Shown: piece by piece, positions 35,148-47,486 of the stretch
Layout of the letters: every line of letters begins with the position of its first letter
How positions within the stretch are numbered: the stretch's first letter is position 1
Assembly (NCBI GenBank): GCA_950097015.1
Contig: CATNEN010000015.1
Location: forward strand, 62,001-126,000
Reading direction: 5' to 3'
Source of the DNA: Macrostomum hystrix
Taxonomy: Eukaryota; Animalia; Platyhelminthes
DNA length: 64,000 bases
Position numbers and translations under genes: made by a program
Notes under the pieces: model-generated
What the model was told of the DNA's origin: nothing
Databases searched by the model: none
Seen by the model: only the letters and a program-made list of their open reading frames with translations

Positions 35148-37862
35148 TACAATGACACTAATTTGTCTGCTTTTCATGCCACATTGTCGGAGCCTCCTAC
35201 TGCACATTTTAGTATAGGCTGTGCAAAAAATGAGCAACTCAATCAAGTGAAACTGCAACAAGCCAATATTCAATTACACATTTGGCAATAGACTATTTCC
35301 TATCAATTACAAGCACTACAGCCCAAATGTTTTTTAATAAACCTAGAAATACACAAGAAGACAATGGAGGGCACACAGGTATCAGCATGTCCATTAATGA
35401 AGCATGTCAGCATGAATGAAGGGCATGTCCAAGGCCCTGTTTGACCATACATGTGCAACCTCCCAAATCTTAGCCGGCCGTGCGACTTAGTTTTTGCTCT
35501 CATTTGCGACTTAGTTCATTTCATTGCTCTATTTACGACTTAGTTTGCTCTCATTTGCTCTCTTTTTCTCTCCCCTTTTTCCTTTTCTTCACGCTTTCCT
35601 TTTTTGTCCCTTGGTCCCCCCTTTGATTTTTTTGCGCTTGGTCAATTGGTTTTTGCGACTTACCTTGCTTGGCCCTCGTTTCACCCGGCCGGTTCGGCCG
35701 GGTCGGCCGGGTGTTGCGCATGTATGTGTTTGACACCTACTTGGATAAATTTCTGTGGCACTGCTATAAACCAACTATACCAGCACAATACATCTGGCAC
35801 TGGCAGCATTCTTTCTTGGTAGCACATTACTATGCTATCTTATCCACTACAATAGACAAATTTAGTTTTTTATACTGCCACTAAGATTATTGCAAAAGGC
35901 ACCCCTTTATTTTGCTTTAGAGAGCATATTTTGCTAGCAGCCAGTTGAAATTAGGTGTGGTGGTGCAAGGCAGATGCTTAATGTGTAATATGATAATATA
36001 ATGTTAGCACATTCAATATTCTATTATCAGAAAGCAAAAACATAATGGATGCAAACTGCTAAACACAAAATTTCTACAAAAAACATTTGGAGTGGCATAC
36101 TGCTTCTGAAAATAGCAGCTAGAATTTTTGGCTTACTTGGACATTGAATATATATACACATGTTACATCTGCAACTGCGCATTTATAAAATTGTACCTGT
36201 GTGTGATAGCTCAATATTGTCCAAGAAATGTATACCATAGAAAAATGCTGATTTGTTCTATCTCTACTAAACATGCATAGGATTACCAGAGAATGTCACT
36301 CTTAATCTTGAAAATGCTAATTATAGACAACCTCCTAATTGTTTAAAGGCACTATGAACCATGAATTTTTACAATTTTTTTGGCAACCTAACATGCATTT
36401 TAATGCCAGATCAAGGGCTTTTAAGTGTTTAAAAATGAATCATGGTTGGTGCCATACAATGTTAAAATGAAATAAATTTTTTAATAAAACAAGTAGGGCC
36501 TACATTTACAACATAGCTAAAATGCCAAAAGTCCAAACCCTATATATATACTATACTAAATAAAATTACACTCAGTCCAAAATAAATACCAGACCATCTA
36601 GTGATGAAATAACTGGATAAGCATACTTTTCAGTAGAATTAAATACTTAGAATTTGAGGATCAAATAATTTGGTGTGTAGCTTTATATTTATAGAACAAT
36701 CGTTTTTGGCACGACTGTAAGTAGCAGCACAGTGTAAGTATTATTGAATTATTTAAATTTAAAAGAATACTAGCAAATAGATTTTATTTGCTAACAAATG
36801 TAAATATTATATAAAATACATCATACATTCGCAGTACAAACGATTGATATATCGGTGATTGATGTATCATTTTTGTCGGTTAAATCTTGAAGGTATGATT
36901 TCAATGATTCATGTCACGTGTCTCAAGCGACGATAAAAAACGTGTTTGGTTTAAAAAACTTTTAACGGTTTTAATATGAAACGTAAAAAATCTATTTGAC
37001 CTGGTATAACAAAACATATCAGTTTCTTCTAGTATGTTTTTTTATTTAATAAACTAGTAGGAAAGAAGCGGAAAAAAACAAAAAAACAATTTTTTTTTCT
37101 AAATACGCGTTTTTAAAATATATTTTAGGGGTTCCTGGCGCTATTTCGACGTACACAGGAAGTAGGAAATTTTTAATTATGTCGTGCTTCTATTACAATC
37201 AGTGGTAAGCAGAAAAATATCTGTTTGATAACATTTTCCTCACCAATAAAATACACTTATGAAGTAACAATATTTCTAAATATTTCGCTGCAAGACTAAA
37301 GTTTAGGTTTTGTACTCTACTGTTTCTGTCCTTCCAAAAGAAATCTAAAAAATATGTTTTCTGTTTGCCAGCTCTTTGGTATTCAAAATGTATACTAGAG
37401 AGCTTATTCGCTATACTAAAATATACTACATTTATTCAAACGATAAAACCACATATTGACATTTAAGCCTGTTTTACCCATTTTGTGTCAAATTGTTGTC
37501 GTTAGTTGTGAGATAGGCGTTGTCTATTTAGCTTGAAGCTTTTTTTATGTAAAAGTATACCGTTTTGCATTTAATGCACAAACTTTTTCAATGTATTGAT
37601 CCATTTTTTTATTGTTTTTATTTGTTTATGTATTTATGTATCTATTTGATTGACAAGTACCATTAATAAAATATTTGTGCGAATTGGCTAGAAATTGGCA
37701 AGACTAGATAATACCCAAGTTCAATTGAACCCCGCGCTCAGTTGTGGTGGAGGTAAGTCTTATAACATATTGTTCCAGACACTCCAGCAGCGTGCATGTT
37801 GCAGCTCAGTTAGCTAAGCATCTCCATTCCACATTGCAGCTGTAACTCAAGCATCGCTAGCT

Positions 37863-38639
37863 ATGCAGCAACTGCAGAATTTCGGGGCCCGTCTGCCCCG
37901 AGACCTGGCCTTCCGCTCCGCGCTGGTGTGCACTCCGGTCGCATGCATCCTGTATTTCGTGGCCTTCGTGACGCCCAACTGGATCGAGCTGAAGCCGGAG
38001 ATGCAGAGCTCCTTCCTTCGGCTGGGCCTGTGGATGGCCTGCTTCAACGGCTACGTGCATCCTGAGGACTATGTGTCCAAGGCCTACTATGGCTGCTGGT
38101 ACATCTACTATCCCGAGTACTACTACATCCGCAGCTGGCTCAACCCGCCGTGGTTCTACGCCGTCCAGCTGCTGTCCATCCTGAGCCTGATCTTCCTCAT
38201 CCTGGCCACCGTGATCATCAGCCGCCTGGCCTGCCACCGCTACCTGGCAAAGCGGCGCATCGAGGAGCTTCCCAGCAACCTGAAGCAGCTGAAGCTGTGC
38301 GGCGTGATGCACCTGCTGTCCAGCTGCGCCATCCTCATCCAGATCATCTTCGTGGGCCTGGAGAGCCTGGACAGGCGCTGGATGCCGCGGCCAGACTACA
38401 ACCGACTCGGCTTCTCCTACGCCTGCGCCTGCTTCGCCAGCTTCGCCAGCTTCTTCGCCCTGGCCTTCATCGTCATCCGCTTCGTTGGCAAGTCGGAGGA
38501 GGAACTGATCTTCGCGGAGCAGCAGCAGCTCATTGAGCCGGACAACGCGGAGCTGGACAAGCCGTCTGGGGCCACCGGCACGGAGAAGAAGTTCAGCATG
38601 CCTCGCCTGGCCGCCGCGCCTGACGACAGTCTGGTGTAG
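37863..38639 (+). CDS. Invertebrate claudin-like (PMP22/claudin superfamily) four-pass membrane protein, single exon, 258 aa
   Basis: Four hydrophobic segments; W...GLW..C...C signature (RLGLWMACFNGY...YGCWYIY..EYYYIRSWLNPPWFYAVQ) like the septate-junction claudins Kune/Megatrachea; C-terminal DSLV resembles a class I PDZ ligand; strong C/G-ending codon bias. Confidence 0.88.
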   Translation: MQQLQNFGARLPRDLAFRSALVCTPVACILYFVAFVTPNWIELKPEMQSSFLRLGLWMACFNGYVHPEDYVSKAYYGCWYIYYPEYYYIRSWLNPPWFYAVQLLSILSLIFLILATVIISRLACHRYLAKRRIEELPSNLKQLKLCGVMHLLSSCAILIQIIFVGLESLDRRWMPRPDYNRLGFSYACACFASFASFFALAFIVIRFVGKSEEELIFAEQQQLIEPDNAELDKPSGATGTEKKFSMPRLAAAPDDSLV

Positions 38640-38732
38640 ACCTCGCCTACAGAATGCCGCCTGGGTCTCAGCAAATCGGTGCAGTTTGGATGACAGCTTT
38701 GGATTCCTATTAACAGTTGAAGTACCGCGCTA

Positions 38733-39320
38733 TTTCCCCTGGGGAAAGAACTCGGGGGGTATTTCAAATCCCACTGCCTGCTTCCCGATAGCTCCCAAAC
38801 CGAATGACCGACTTTTGTGTGAAAGTGCAGCATATGAGTCACCGACTTTTGTGTGAAAAACCACCATATGGGTCAAAGTTTTCCGCCATTTACGATGAAA
38901 TAGCTTTCAAAGCCGTCCGACGTCAGCATCGTCAAGATAATCGGCGATTCTTGTTGGAGACAAGGACAGATGACATTGCTCTGTGCAAACCTCTATAGCG
39001 AGTCCATATTGGTTGAGAATTGAAAAATTAGCAATTGGATCAATCCAATATAGGCAACAATGATTACCGACATGGTTACATGATGCAATTTTGTGAGCAG
39101 AAAAATATGCCTATATTGGTGGTTTTTTCCACAAGACACCCCTACGAGAATCGTTGAAAATCTTGACGATGCCGATGTTTTGTGATTCTGGAAGTTGTTT
39201 CGTCGGATAGAGTGGAAAATTCAGCCAGAGTTCTGGATTTTCATGTCGATTTGTTGAGTATTTTAGGAGATACAAAAAAGAAGAAAATGTGGGCATTTTA
39301 AACTCCCCCGTGGTGTTTCT
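38733..39320. mobile_element. MITE-like element, diverged copy 2, just downstream of the claudin stop
   Basis: Colinear similarity to 24701-25245 (e.g. CCGAATGACCGA, AAAGCCGTCCGA, TTTTGTGAGCAGAAAAA, TTGTGATTCTGGAAGTTG), with similar inverted ends. Confidence 0.7.
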
Positions 39321-40198
39321 ACTGTTAAATATGGATTTGTACTCGCACTGTCACTCACCATCACTGGCGCTGGTTGCAGGAAGTTGGGTTATTAAGGTGC
39401 TCAAAACAATTTCGTATTTTTCGGGCATGACATTCCTTGTATAAAGTGTGACCGCTTGTACCTTTTAATTTTTATTGTTGTAAATTAGTTTTACTGAGAG
39501 CTGCCAGCCAATCAACTCGAGCTGCTCACAATCTCTGCGCTCTCTGCGCTGCTCTGCCTTCACCGGCAGCCCAAGGAGCTCCATGTAATCTCATCTCATT
39601 ATCTTTGCTTACCAAATTCTACCTTGATGTACCTAACACTCATTGCTAGCGCTTCCAGGCCGTTTTTATGTCCAGTGGTCCAACACCTTGACTGTCGAGT
39701 AGTTTTTGCTACTTAATACTATTTCGGCTATTTAAATAACCTTTTTATGTGCTAGTAGCGTATTTAGGACTTGTTTTATCGGTTTTTACTCAGTTCTTTT
39801 GTTGATGTTACGTTAACTGATTTCATGGTTTAACATTTTCTCTTTTCCGAGTTACATTCCACTGTCGATGCTTATTAATGTACGTACTTCCATTCGTGCT
39901 GTCGTGTCTTCCCGCCTGCAGTCCTGCTGATCCCCTGACTGGGCGGACCTGTCCTGCATTGGTGCGCGATTCCGAACGAACAAAAACTCTGCTGTGCCTT
40001 CGGGCCCCCAGCAGCAGCATGTAAACTACCGGCTTCTCGTTTCTAGGCTCATTAATAAACTGCGTGCCACTTACTATCGTACTTACAGCTGCCTCATTGT
40101 TTATCCACTCACTCCAGTGGCCGCGATTCCTTATTGACTTAAGTGGTCGAAATCGAGGAGTGATTTTCGCTTTTGTTTTTTGGTCCTTTTTGGAAAAT

Positions 40199-40992
40199 CA
40201 TGTCAGGTCAAGTGATCATGTCAGGTCACAGATCATGTCAAGTGATCATGTCAGGTCACAGATCATGTCAAGTGATCATGTCAGGTCACAGATCATGTCA
40301 AGTGATCATGTCAGGTCACAGATCATGTCAAGTGATCATGTCAGGTCACAGATCATGTCAAGTGATCATGTCAGGTCACAGATCATGTCAAGTGATCATG
40401 TCAGGTCACAGATCATGTCAAGTGATCATGTCAGGTCACAGATCATGTCAAGTGATCATGTCAGGTCACAGATCATGTCAAGTGATCATGTCAGGTCACA
40501 GATCATGTCAAGTGATCATGTCAGGTCACAGATCATGTCAAGTGATCATGTCAGGTCACAGATCATGTCAAGTGATCATGTCAGGTCACAGATCATGTCA
40601 AGTGATCATGTCAGGTCACAGATCATGTCAAGTGATCATGTCAGGTCACAGATCATGTCAAGTGATCATGTCAGGTCACAGATCATGTCAAGTGATCATG
40701 TCAGGTCACAGATCATGTCAAGTCACAGATCATGTCAAGTCACAGATCATGTCAAGTCACAGATCACAGATGTCAGGTCACAGATCATGTCAGGTCACAG
40801 ATCATGTCAAGTCACAGATCATGTCAAGTCACAGATCATGTCAAGTCACAGATCATGTCAAGTCACAGATCATGTCAAGTCACAGATCATGTCAAGTCAC
40901 AGATCATGTCAAGTCACAGATCATGTCAAGTCACAGATCATGTCAAGTCACAGATCATGTCAGGTCACAGATCATGTCAAGTCAGAGATCAT
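40199..40992. repeat. 30-bp satellite (13-mer + 17-mer, GATCATGTCAAGT-GATCATGTCAGGTCACA) switching to a pure 17-mer array
   Basis: Direct units. It produces the SSDHVRSQIM-type ORFs. Confidence 0.96.
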
Positions 40993-41520
40993 GTCGGGCT
41001 ATCGCGCCAAGTAGAGCGCCAATTGCCTACGTCACTGCCAAAGACATTTTCGGACAAACAGCGGGCAAGCTGTGCTTAAAGCAATAGAACCGTGATTAAA
41101 ATATAGTGCGTAGGAGCTTTGGTTCTGTTCCAAGTGTAATGTTCTTGGCTCATTTTATTCACGGACTTATAAACTGTGTTGCGCTCCTGTGCAATGCGCA
41201 TAGCAATCGACTATTTAGCTATCGATAATTTAGTGCGATTCGTGCTCAAAGGACCACTAGAAGTAGTAAGTAGAAGTCTATTAAGTGTTCGTAGCGTCTA
41301 CTCGAAATTAAATTTCACTGCAAAGCTTAGGTGAATGTGCAAAGTTAGTTCTTTGGTATCAAATAATATGTTCAAGTTGTTTCTGTGTAAGAGCTAGGAA
41401 TATTCAAAACATCTGGTTGAAGGGTGTGCAAGGTAAAGAACAAAGGTCCGCACAGTTAGACTTCCTGCAAGAAATTCCCCGAATCCAAGACTGAGTCAAT
41501 GCGAGGCCTGTACCAGCCTG

Positions 41521-44500
41521 TCAGAAACCCGGCATGTCCAACGGATTCTTTCCCAGCTTGAACACCCACAGCAGCTCGAAGGCGAGTATGACAACACCGC
41601 ACATGTAGAGGCCGAGGCTGATGATGTAGGCTCCGCCAACGCCCTCCAGCGTGATGGCCGCCGCCTCCGCAGCTGCTGAGCTGCCGCCGCAATCGTTTGT
41701 CTGCGGAATGAACTTGCGCGTCACAACGTCCACGATGCCACTCTCCTTGGCTCGCTGCAGGCTTTGGCATGGAAGGTCAGGGGTGATGAGCACTGAGCCA
41801 GAGAGTGAGCTGGTGTGTTTCTATTGAATTTTCTCGCTTGTTGTTTGATTATTCATATTGTTTTCTGCTGCGCAGTCTAAGCTGCTTTGAAAGCGAAACG
41901 CTACAGCTTACTGAACGAATACTGTAGCTAGTGTAAGACTCTCACTGATGGAAGTAATTTATCCGCATTCGCGTTCTGAATATTCCTGTTTCCTTTTGGC
42001 ATAGAGCTACCGATGTCTCATGGCCAGAGATATGCAACCCTGCTTTACTGTGGGATAAATAAAACTGGTCACTGGCCTTTAACTTCTTACAGCGCATCGA
42101 AGGCAGGTAAGTAGTAAGCGTCCTTAGGAAAAGTCATCGCAAGGAAGTAGAAGTTGAAGAAGCCTTTGGCCTGATACACCTGGCTGCAGTACGTGCTGGC
42201 GTAGTATGAGTTGGTGCTGAGGTCCAGGATGCCCACAAGGTACGGGTCGGCATCGGGCTTCAAAAGCTGCATGCGGATGGGGAGACGCAAACAGTTTGTT
42301 GCTGAAACTTCGAGTCAAAACAAAGCTTCTTTTTGTTCATTTTTACCCTTGATAGCAGGACAGCAAACAACGCAACTAAAACCTGACACTACGCTCGTAT
42401 TAAATCAATTAATGCTTCTTGATAAGGATATTCTTCATGCTAAATACTCGAGTCCAGGGATTGTCCGACAGCTGAGAACAGCTTTTGAACATTTAAGCTA
42501 CATTTTGCTGCAATGAGCTCACCGATTCGGCGCAGGTTGTCACCGTGTCCACCAGCACCATCTGGTTTCGCAGCATTGCCAGTGGCCCGTCGGTTGCTAG
42601 CCGAATCGCAGCGTGAATATTCGTACCCTCTGCGACCAGCGCCTTGTAGTGCGGCATGGCGACCAGGTCATCAACGCTCTGGATCGGGTACCTGGCCACG
42701 GTCACTGCCAGCTTGGCAGTCAGGTCACCTGAGGGCGGATTCAGGAGCCATCAGATAGCGCAGAACATAATGTACATAAGACCAGTCGGTGCGTAGAGCA
42801 GGCGCAAATTCTAAGCATCAGACAGCCGTCTCTTCGCCGACAAATTTCAGCATTAAATAACAGCTGAAAAAATCTGGAACAGCCGCTCAGTCGATCGTGC
42901 TTATCTGTGTAGGCGCCGAAGATAATGACGGTGGATCGTGCTTACCTGTGTAGGTGCCGAAGATAATGACGGTGAGCATCCACCAGAAGGCCAGGACAGT
43001 GCGGGGGCTCATGGCAAACGGGTAGAAGTCCTGGCCCTGCTGCAGGAAGCTGCCAACTGCGGACCAGATGTACTCCTTCAGCCAGATCTCGTCAGAGAAT
43101 GCGTACCGCAAGCTGAGATTCCAGGCCGAGAACGGACTGAACCTGGCGAAGGCGTAGAGGATCAGTGGAACCAGCAGGAACATGGCCACAATGAGAAGCC
43201 AGGAGTCCCAGGAGAGCGGCGAGAACACGTTCCACAGCTTGGACTCAGTGGGTGGCCTCTTAACCAGAATTGCATTGGCGGAGAACTGGAACTCGGACGA
43301 GTAGTCGATCACTTTGTAGCGGATGTTCGTAACGGCAAACATCATGGCCAAGTCCGCTTCCTGGTGGAAATTTTGTTGAGGCTATTTTCTAAGCCAGCGT
43401 TGCTGATTTCAAAGATAAGCATCGCTACACCTGAAGCCTTACCCCCTTCTGAAGCATGCCGATGCAGCCAGTGAAATAAGGTGAGCCCTCCACAGGTGCT
43501 CCGAATTGTATGTCCGGCGGAGAGAATATGTCGTAACTGCAGGTTACAAAAATTTATTTGTGCTTTTTACAGCATAGGTCGAGAACAAAAATCGATCACG
43601 TGACAAAGCCATTCAGGGAAAAGCCGAGTCTTAAAATCAGAAGGTCGTTAAGAAGAAGATGTCGCACCGCTCACCTGAAGTTCAGGTGTCTGGTGAAGTA
43701 GGCGAGCATGTCTATTGAATGGCCGGATGCCTTGCCGAAGGTGTAGTTCGAGTAACTAATGTAGGGCGGGAACTGGCACGTGGAAATTCGGAAATGTGAG
43801 AGCAACTGAGAAGCGTTTGACTGCAAGCGCATTGTCGTTCATTAAAAGCTTGTGACGACACTGGCAACTTAATTTTTTTTACTGTTATGAACGCCAGGAG
43901 GCGAAGCATTGTTGCAGCAAAACAAGTAAGCAAAAGCATGCAAATGACGCCGAGTTCTCACAGGAGGAGCGCAGACACGCAGCCGGGCGCCCTTGAAGTC
44001 CACGAAGCTGTTTGGAAAGAGCAGCGGTTGCTCCTTGTATTTGAAGGTCACCGACAGGCTGCCGTTGTCGATGCTAAAGAGGCCAGTTGGTGCGAACTTG
44101 GCTTTGCTATTCAAGCCGATGTTTAGGAGTCCCACCGTCTCCAAATAGGCGCCGCTGGGTCGCACTGCGCTGCCACTATCAGATCTGGATCGCAGCTTGA
44201 AAGTTTCCAAGGAACAGTTGCTCAATGTGGCTTTTACTGAGAGCACGACCTTAAAGAATTATTCCTTGAAAAAGATAACTTTTCTTACGAAACTGAAGCT
44301 CAGTTGTAAATTTTGTAAACTAAACGCGGACAAATTCATGAAAGTCCTGCCTAAGTATTTTAATTGAATCGAAGCATGTCTTTATCTTCTGAATCGAAGC
44401 TAATCTTTATCTTCCGAAACAACTCAAATCAAGAGTATTTTGAGAAAAAGAAACTGAACCTGCTGAAAGCGAAGCTGAATTGTCAGGGCAGATCCAGCAG

Positions 44501-45923
44501 GCCAGGGCTGCAGTGGCTCACAAGACGCGTTGCTCGCAGGAAGAGAGGAGCTGCTCATCAGGGTCTGCATGGCGCGGGCGAACGACAGCACAGCCTCCAC
44601 CACCTTCAGCTCCAGCATCTGTGGGTATAACAACTGACTGTGGGACTCAGGCTGATGACAGTTCTCAGTGTCGCTCTGATCTTCAGAAGACTGCGATGTC
44701 AATCACCACTCACCGTGTGCTGGCTCAGCTGGCAGTCCGGATAGATGACGCCGAGCTCTCCGGTACAGTCCATGCCACCGAGCTCGCCTGCCGACTGCCT
44801 CAACAACAAGATGTTCGCGGACTCGTTCGTTGGGATAAGATCCTCGATGTCTTTCGGCGCGATGCCCGTGTCGACAACAGTCCAGAAGTAGTTGATCTGC
44901 AGAGTCCGAGTCATCAGTGCCTGCAGTGACAACAGGAGCGCTGAATGTGTTCAAAGGCCTCATAAACACATCTGACGACTGCTCGATTGCTCACCTGCTC
45001 GAAGATGCGTAGAATCGAGTCGGGCTCGCAGATGACCACAGAGTGTCGGATGCGCGCCTTGACGCTGTTCTGCAGAATGTCAGTCAAGTTACTGGCCGAG
45101 TCGTCGATCTGGAACATGACGCTGGCGATTCTCTTCTCTGAGAGCAGCTGCTGTAGCTCTTCGAGCAGGCGGTGATCTGCGGAGAGACGATCGAGTTGCT
45201 GAATGAGTAGGCGGCGATTTGTGGACTTTGAGCATTCGGATGTGAAGCGTTCTCACCTTGATGTCTGTCATGGAAGACTGCGACCAGAGTCGAGGAGACA
45301 TGGTCGAGCGCTGCCGTCACCGCTCCGAGGAAGCTTCTCGCGGGAGGAGTCGAGACGACAGCCGTGTCTGGAAGGTGTGCTCAACTCGTCACTTCTTGTC
45401 TTCTCCCATGCGAATGAAGAGAGACTCACCAGGAGTGCTGCTCAGTAGGCAGAGGCCTCTGATGACCGCGACAGCCGGTATGTTGAGGGAGCTGGAGACC
45501 TTGAGCACATCCGACACGAACTGGCACGAGCCCACCACAACAATGCCGCTGAGTCCAGGCGACCTGCAGACTGTTTAGGAATAAGTTTTCTTAAGTCGAT
45601 GCTTTTTTCGGAGACAAGTCATGCTTAATTGAGAACTTAAACGGGTATTGCTTAATACTTCTATGGCTGCGGTGGACCAAACCTTTCATCACTGCGTGGA
45701 TCGAATCAGCGACTGGCAGCTCCAGAAACTCTATCGGGTTGGTCTTGAATGTCGCGAACCGCCAGTTGTTGTTTATTATTCTTTCCACCGCCCTGTTTTG
45801 TCCAGAGCTTTCTGACAGACTGCGGCATTCAGTTACAACTGCAAGACGCAAGCTCGCAATGCTTCTTGACTGCGATAGAAGGAGCAGCAGCAGCAGCAGC
45901 AGCACCAGCAGCGGAGTGGACAT
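41521..45923 (-). CDS. Ionotropic receptor / iGluR-like ion channel 1, 13 exons, ~834 aa
   Basis: Exons (minus): 45923-45683, 45570-45430, 45367-45257, 45176-44995, 44920-44714, 44618-44460, 44195-43962, 43772-43675, 43536-43443, 43360-42946, 42728-42523, 42266-42091, 41761-41521. Signal peptide, LIVBP-like ATD (GIVVVGSC...LNIPAVAV), S1 (TGCIGML..EADLA...TNIRYKVIDYS), M1, pore (IWSAVGSFLQQG), M3 (PRTV..FWW..II..YTGDLTAKL), S2, M4 (ITLEGVGGAYI). Confidence 0.9.
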
Positions 45924-46434
45924 AATTACCCTGCTCTCTTGTTGCTTTGCTCCTTTCTTCTGCACCTTTCATTCCCACTGAAGTGCAAAAGTCACGTCTG
46001 GGTTTCTTTTATACAGTTGATTGCCCGAGCTCCAGTTTGACGGAGTTCACTGCAATGCCACATGGAGCCTGGTAGCAAGAGCATCTAATTATCCACAGAG
46101 GGGCTAATGACACTTCGATCCAATAGCTTTGTCCTTGCAATCGCAAGCCTGCGAAGGTAGAAATACTTCTGATTGCTTCCCTGATTGTTTTGTTTTGGTT
46201 TGTTGGTAATCAAATTGAGGTTCGATTGCCGTGCAGCTTGCTGAAGCTAAGCAATTTTTTCGATCCGCTGACAGACTGATTAGATACTGACAGTAACTTG
46301 ATGCCGAAATCTTTGGTTTCAATGTCTGAGTGGGTGCATTGTGGGTAAGGTTCCAATCGTACTAGTACTTTAGAATTATTCGACAGCCCCCTTTGCTCTC
46401 GAACACTTCTTACTTAGTTATAACTTTCGTTGCT

Positions 46435-46756
46435 GAGTGAGTGAGTGAGTGAGTGAGTGAGTGAGTGAGTGAGTGAGTGAGTGAGTGAGTGAGTGAGTGA
46501 GTGAGTGAGTGAGTGAGTGAGTGAGTGAGTGAGTGAGTGAGTGAGTGAGTGAGTGAGTGAGTGAGTGAGTGAGTGAGTGAGTGAGTGAGTGAGTGAGTGA
46601 GTGAGTGAGTGAGTGAGTGAGTGAGTGAGTGAGTGAGTAAGTGACTGAGTGAGTGGGTGACTGAGTGAGTGAGTGAGTGAGTGAGTGAGTGAGTGAGTGA
46701 GTGGGTGACTGAGTGAGTGAGTGGGTGACTGAGTGAGTGAGCGACTGAGTGAGTGA
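46435..46756. repeat. (GAGT)n microsatellite, ~80 units, ~0.5 kb upstream of receptor 1
   Basis: Direct. Confidence 0.98.
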
Positions 46757-47219
46757 TCGCAAATAAAATAACTTAAACTCGTTGACGGCCAAGCTTTAAG
46801 CAAGCATGATAAGCTAACAAGCTGACAAGCTGATAAGCTAACAAGCTGGCAAGCTGATAAGCCAACAAGCTGGAGAGCTGATAAGACTACAAACTTCTTC
46901 CTTCAGGTGAGGCGCTCTCGGATTCAGCGCAGTCCTCTGGACTCCCTCCGAATGACTAGTTCGGGCACTTCGCCACGCTAATGTGAAAGATGCAGTGAGC
47001 CTCAGTGAGGACTCATTAGTGATCCGCCCATTTTCGGTATCTTCTGCGCGGCTACTTGAGCTCTGCTGGCTCTGACTTCTCGCCCTACCTACCAGCAGGA
47101 ACACCTGCTGGCCCCAGAGCTTAATTAGAGGAAGAAATTCATTCGCCTATCAGCCTCCGCCCTCTCGGCTGCTCGCCATTAAGGCAGGCATATTGCGATG
47201 ATTAAGAACATGCCTTTAG

Positions 47220-47423
47220 ATTCTGATCCGGACAGACAAAGGAAGCCTCGCTAGAAACAAGGAAATGGCCATCCGAGACTGCTCGTTTGGAAATGGAATT
47301 CGCCTCGTTTCTCGCTTCTTCAAGGAGACCACAGAGCAGGCCGCAGTCGAATGCGAGCGCTGCGAAAAAGAGCGACTGCAAAAGGAGGCCGCCGAGCAGT
47401 CTGGAAGACCAAAGCAGGCCTAG
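47220..47423 (+). other. Possible orphan terminal exon or gene fragment (ILIRTDKGSLARNKEMAIRDCSFGNGIRLVSRFFKETTEQAAVECERCEKERLQKEAAEQSGRPKQA*)
   Basis: TTTAG acceptor, then 67 open codons ending in TAG with protein-like composition. No upstream exon or family identified. Confidence 0.2.
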
Positions 47424-47486
47424 TGCTGTTGCGGCCGCTGTCAATACATGATTTGAATTCTTATTGGTGAGCAGTAAGCAAAATTT

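Noticed and set aside
35676-35705. Perfect GC hairpin CCCGGCCG-GTT-CGGCCGGG in a small CpG-rich patch
   Set aside because: No terminal motif or RNA-gene context supports any assignment.
40064-41087. 300-aa ORFs over the 30/17-bp satellite
   Set aside because: Repeat translation, open in several frames.
44196-44249. Alternative upstream acceptor for receptor 1 exon 7
   Set aside because: The acceptor at 44195 gives a 234-nt exon, identical in length to both paralogs, so it was preferred.
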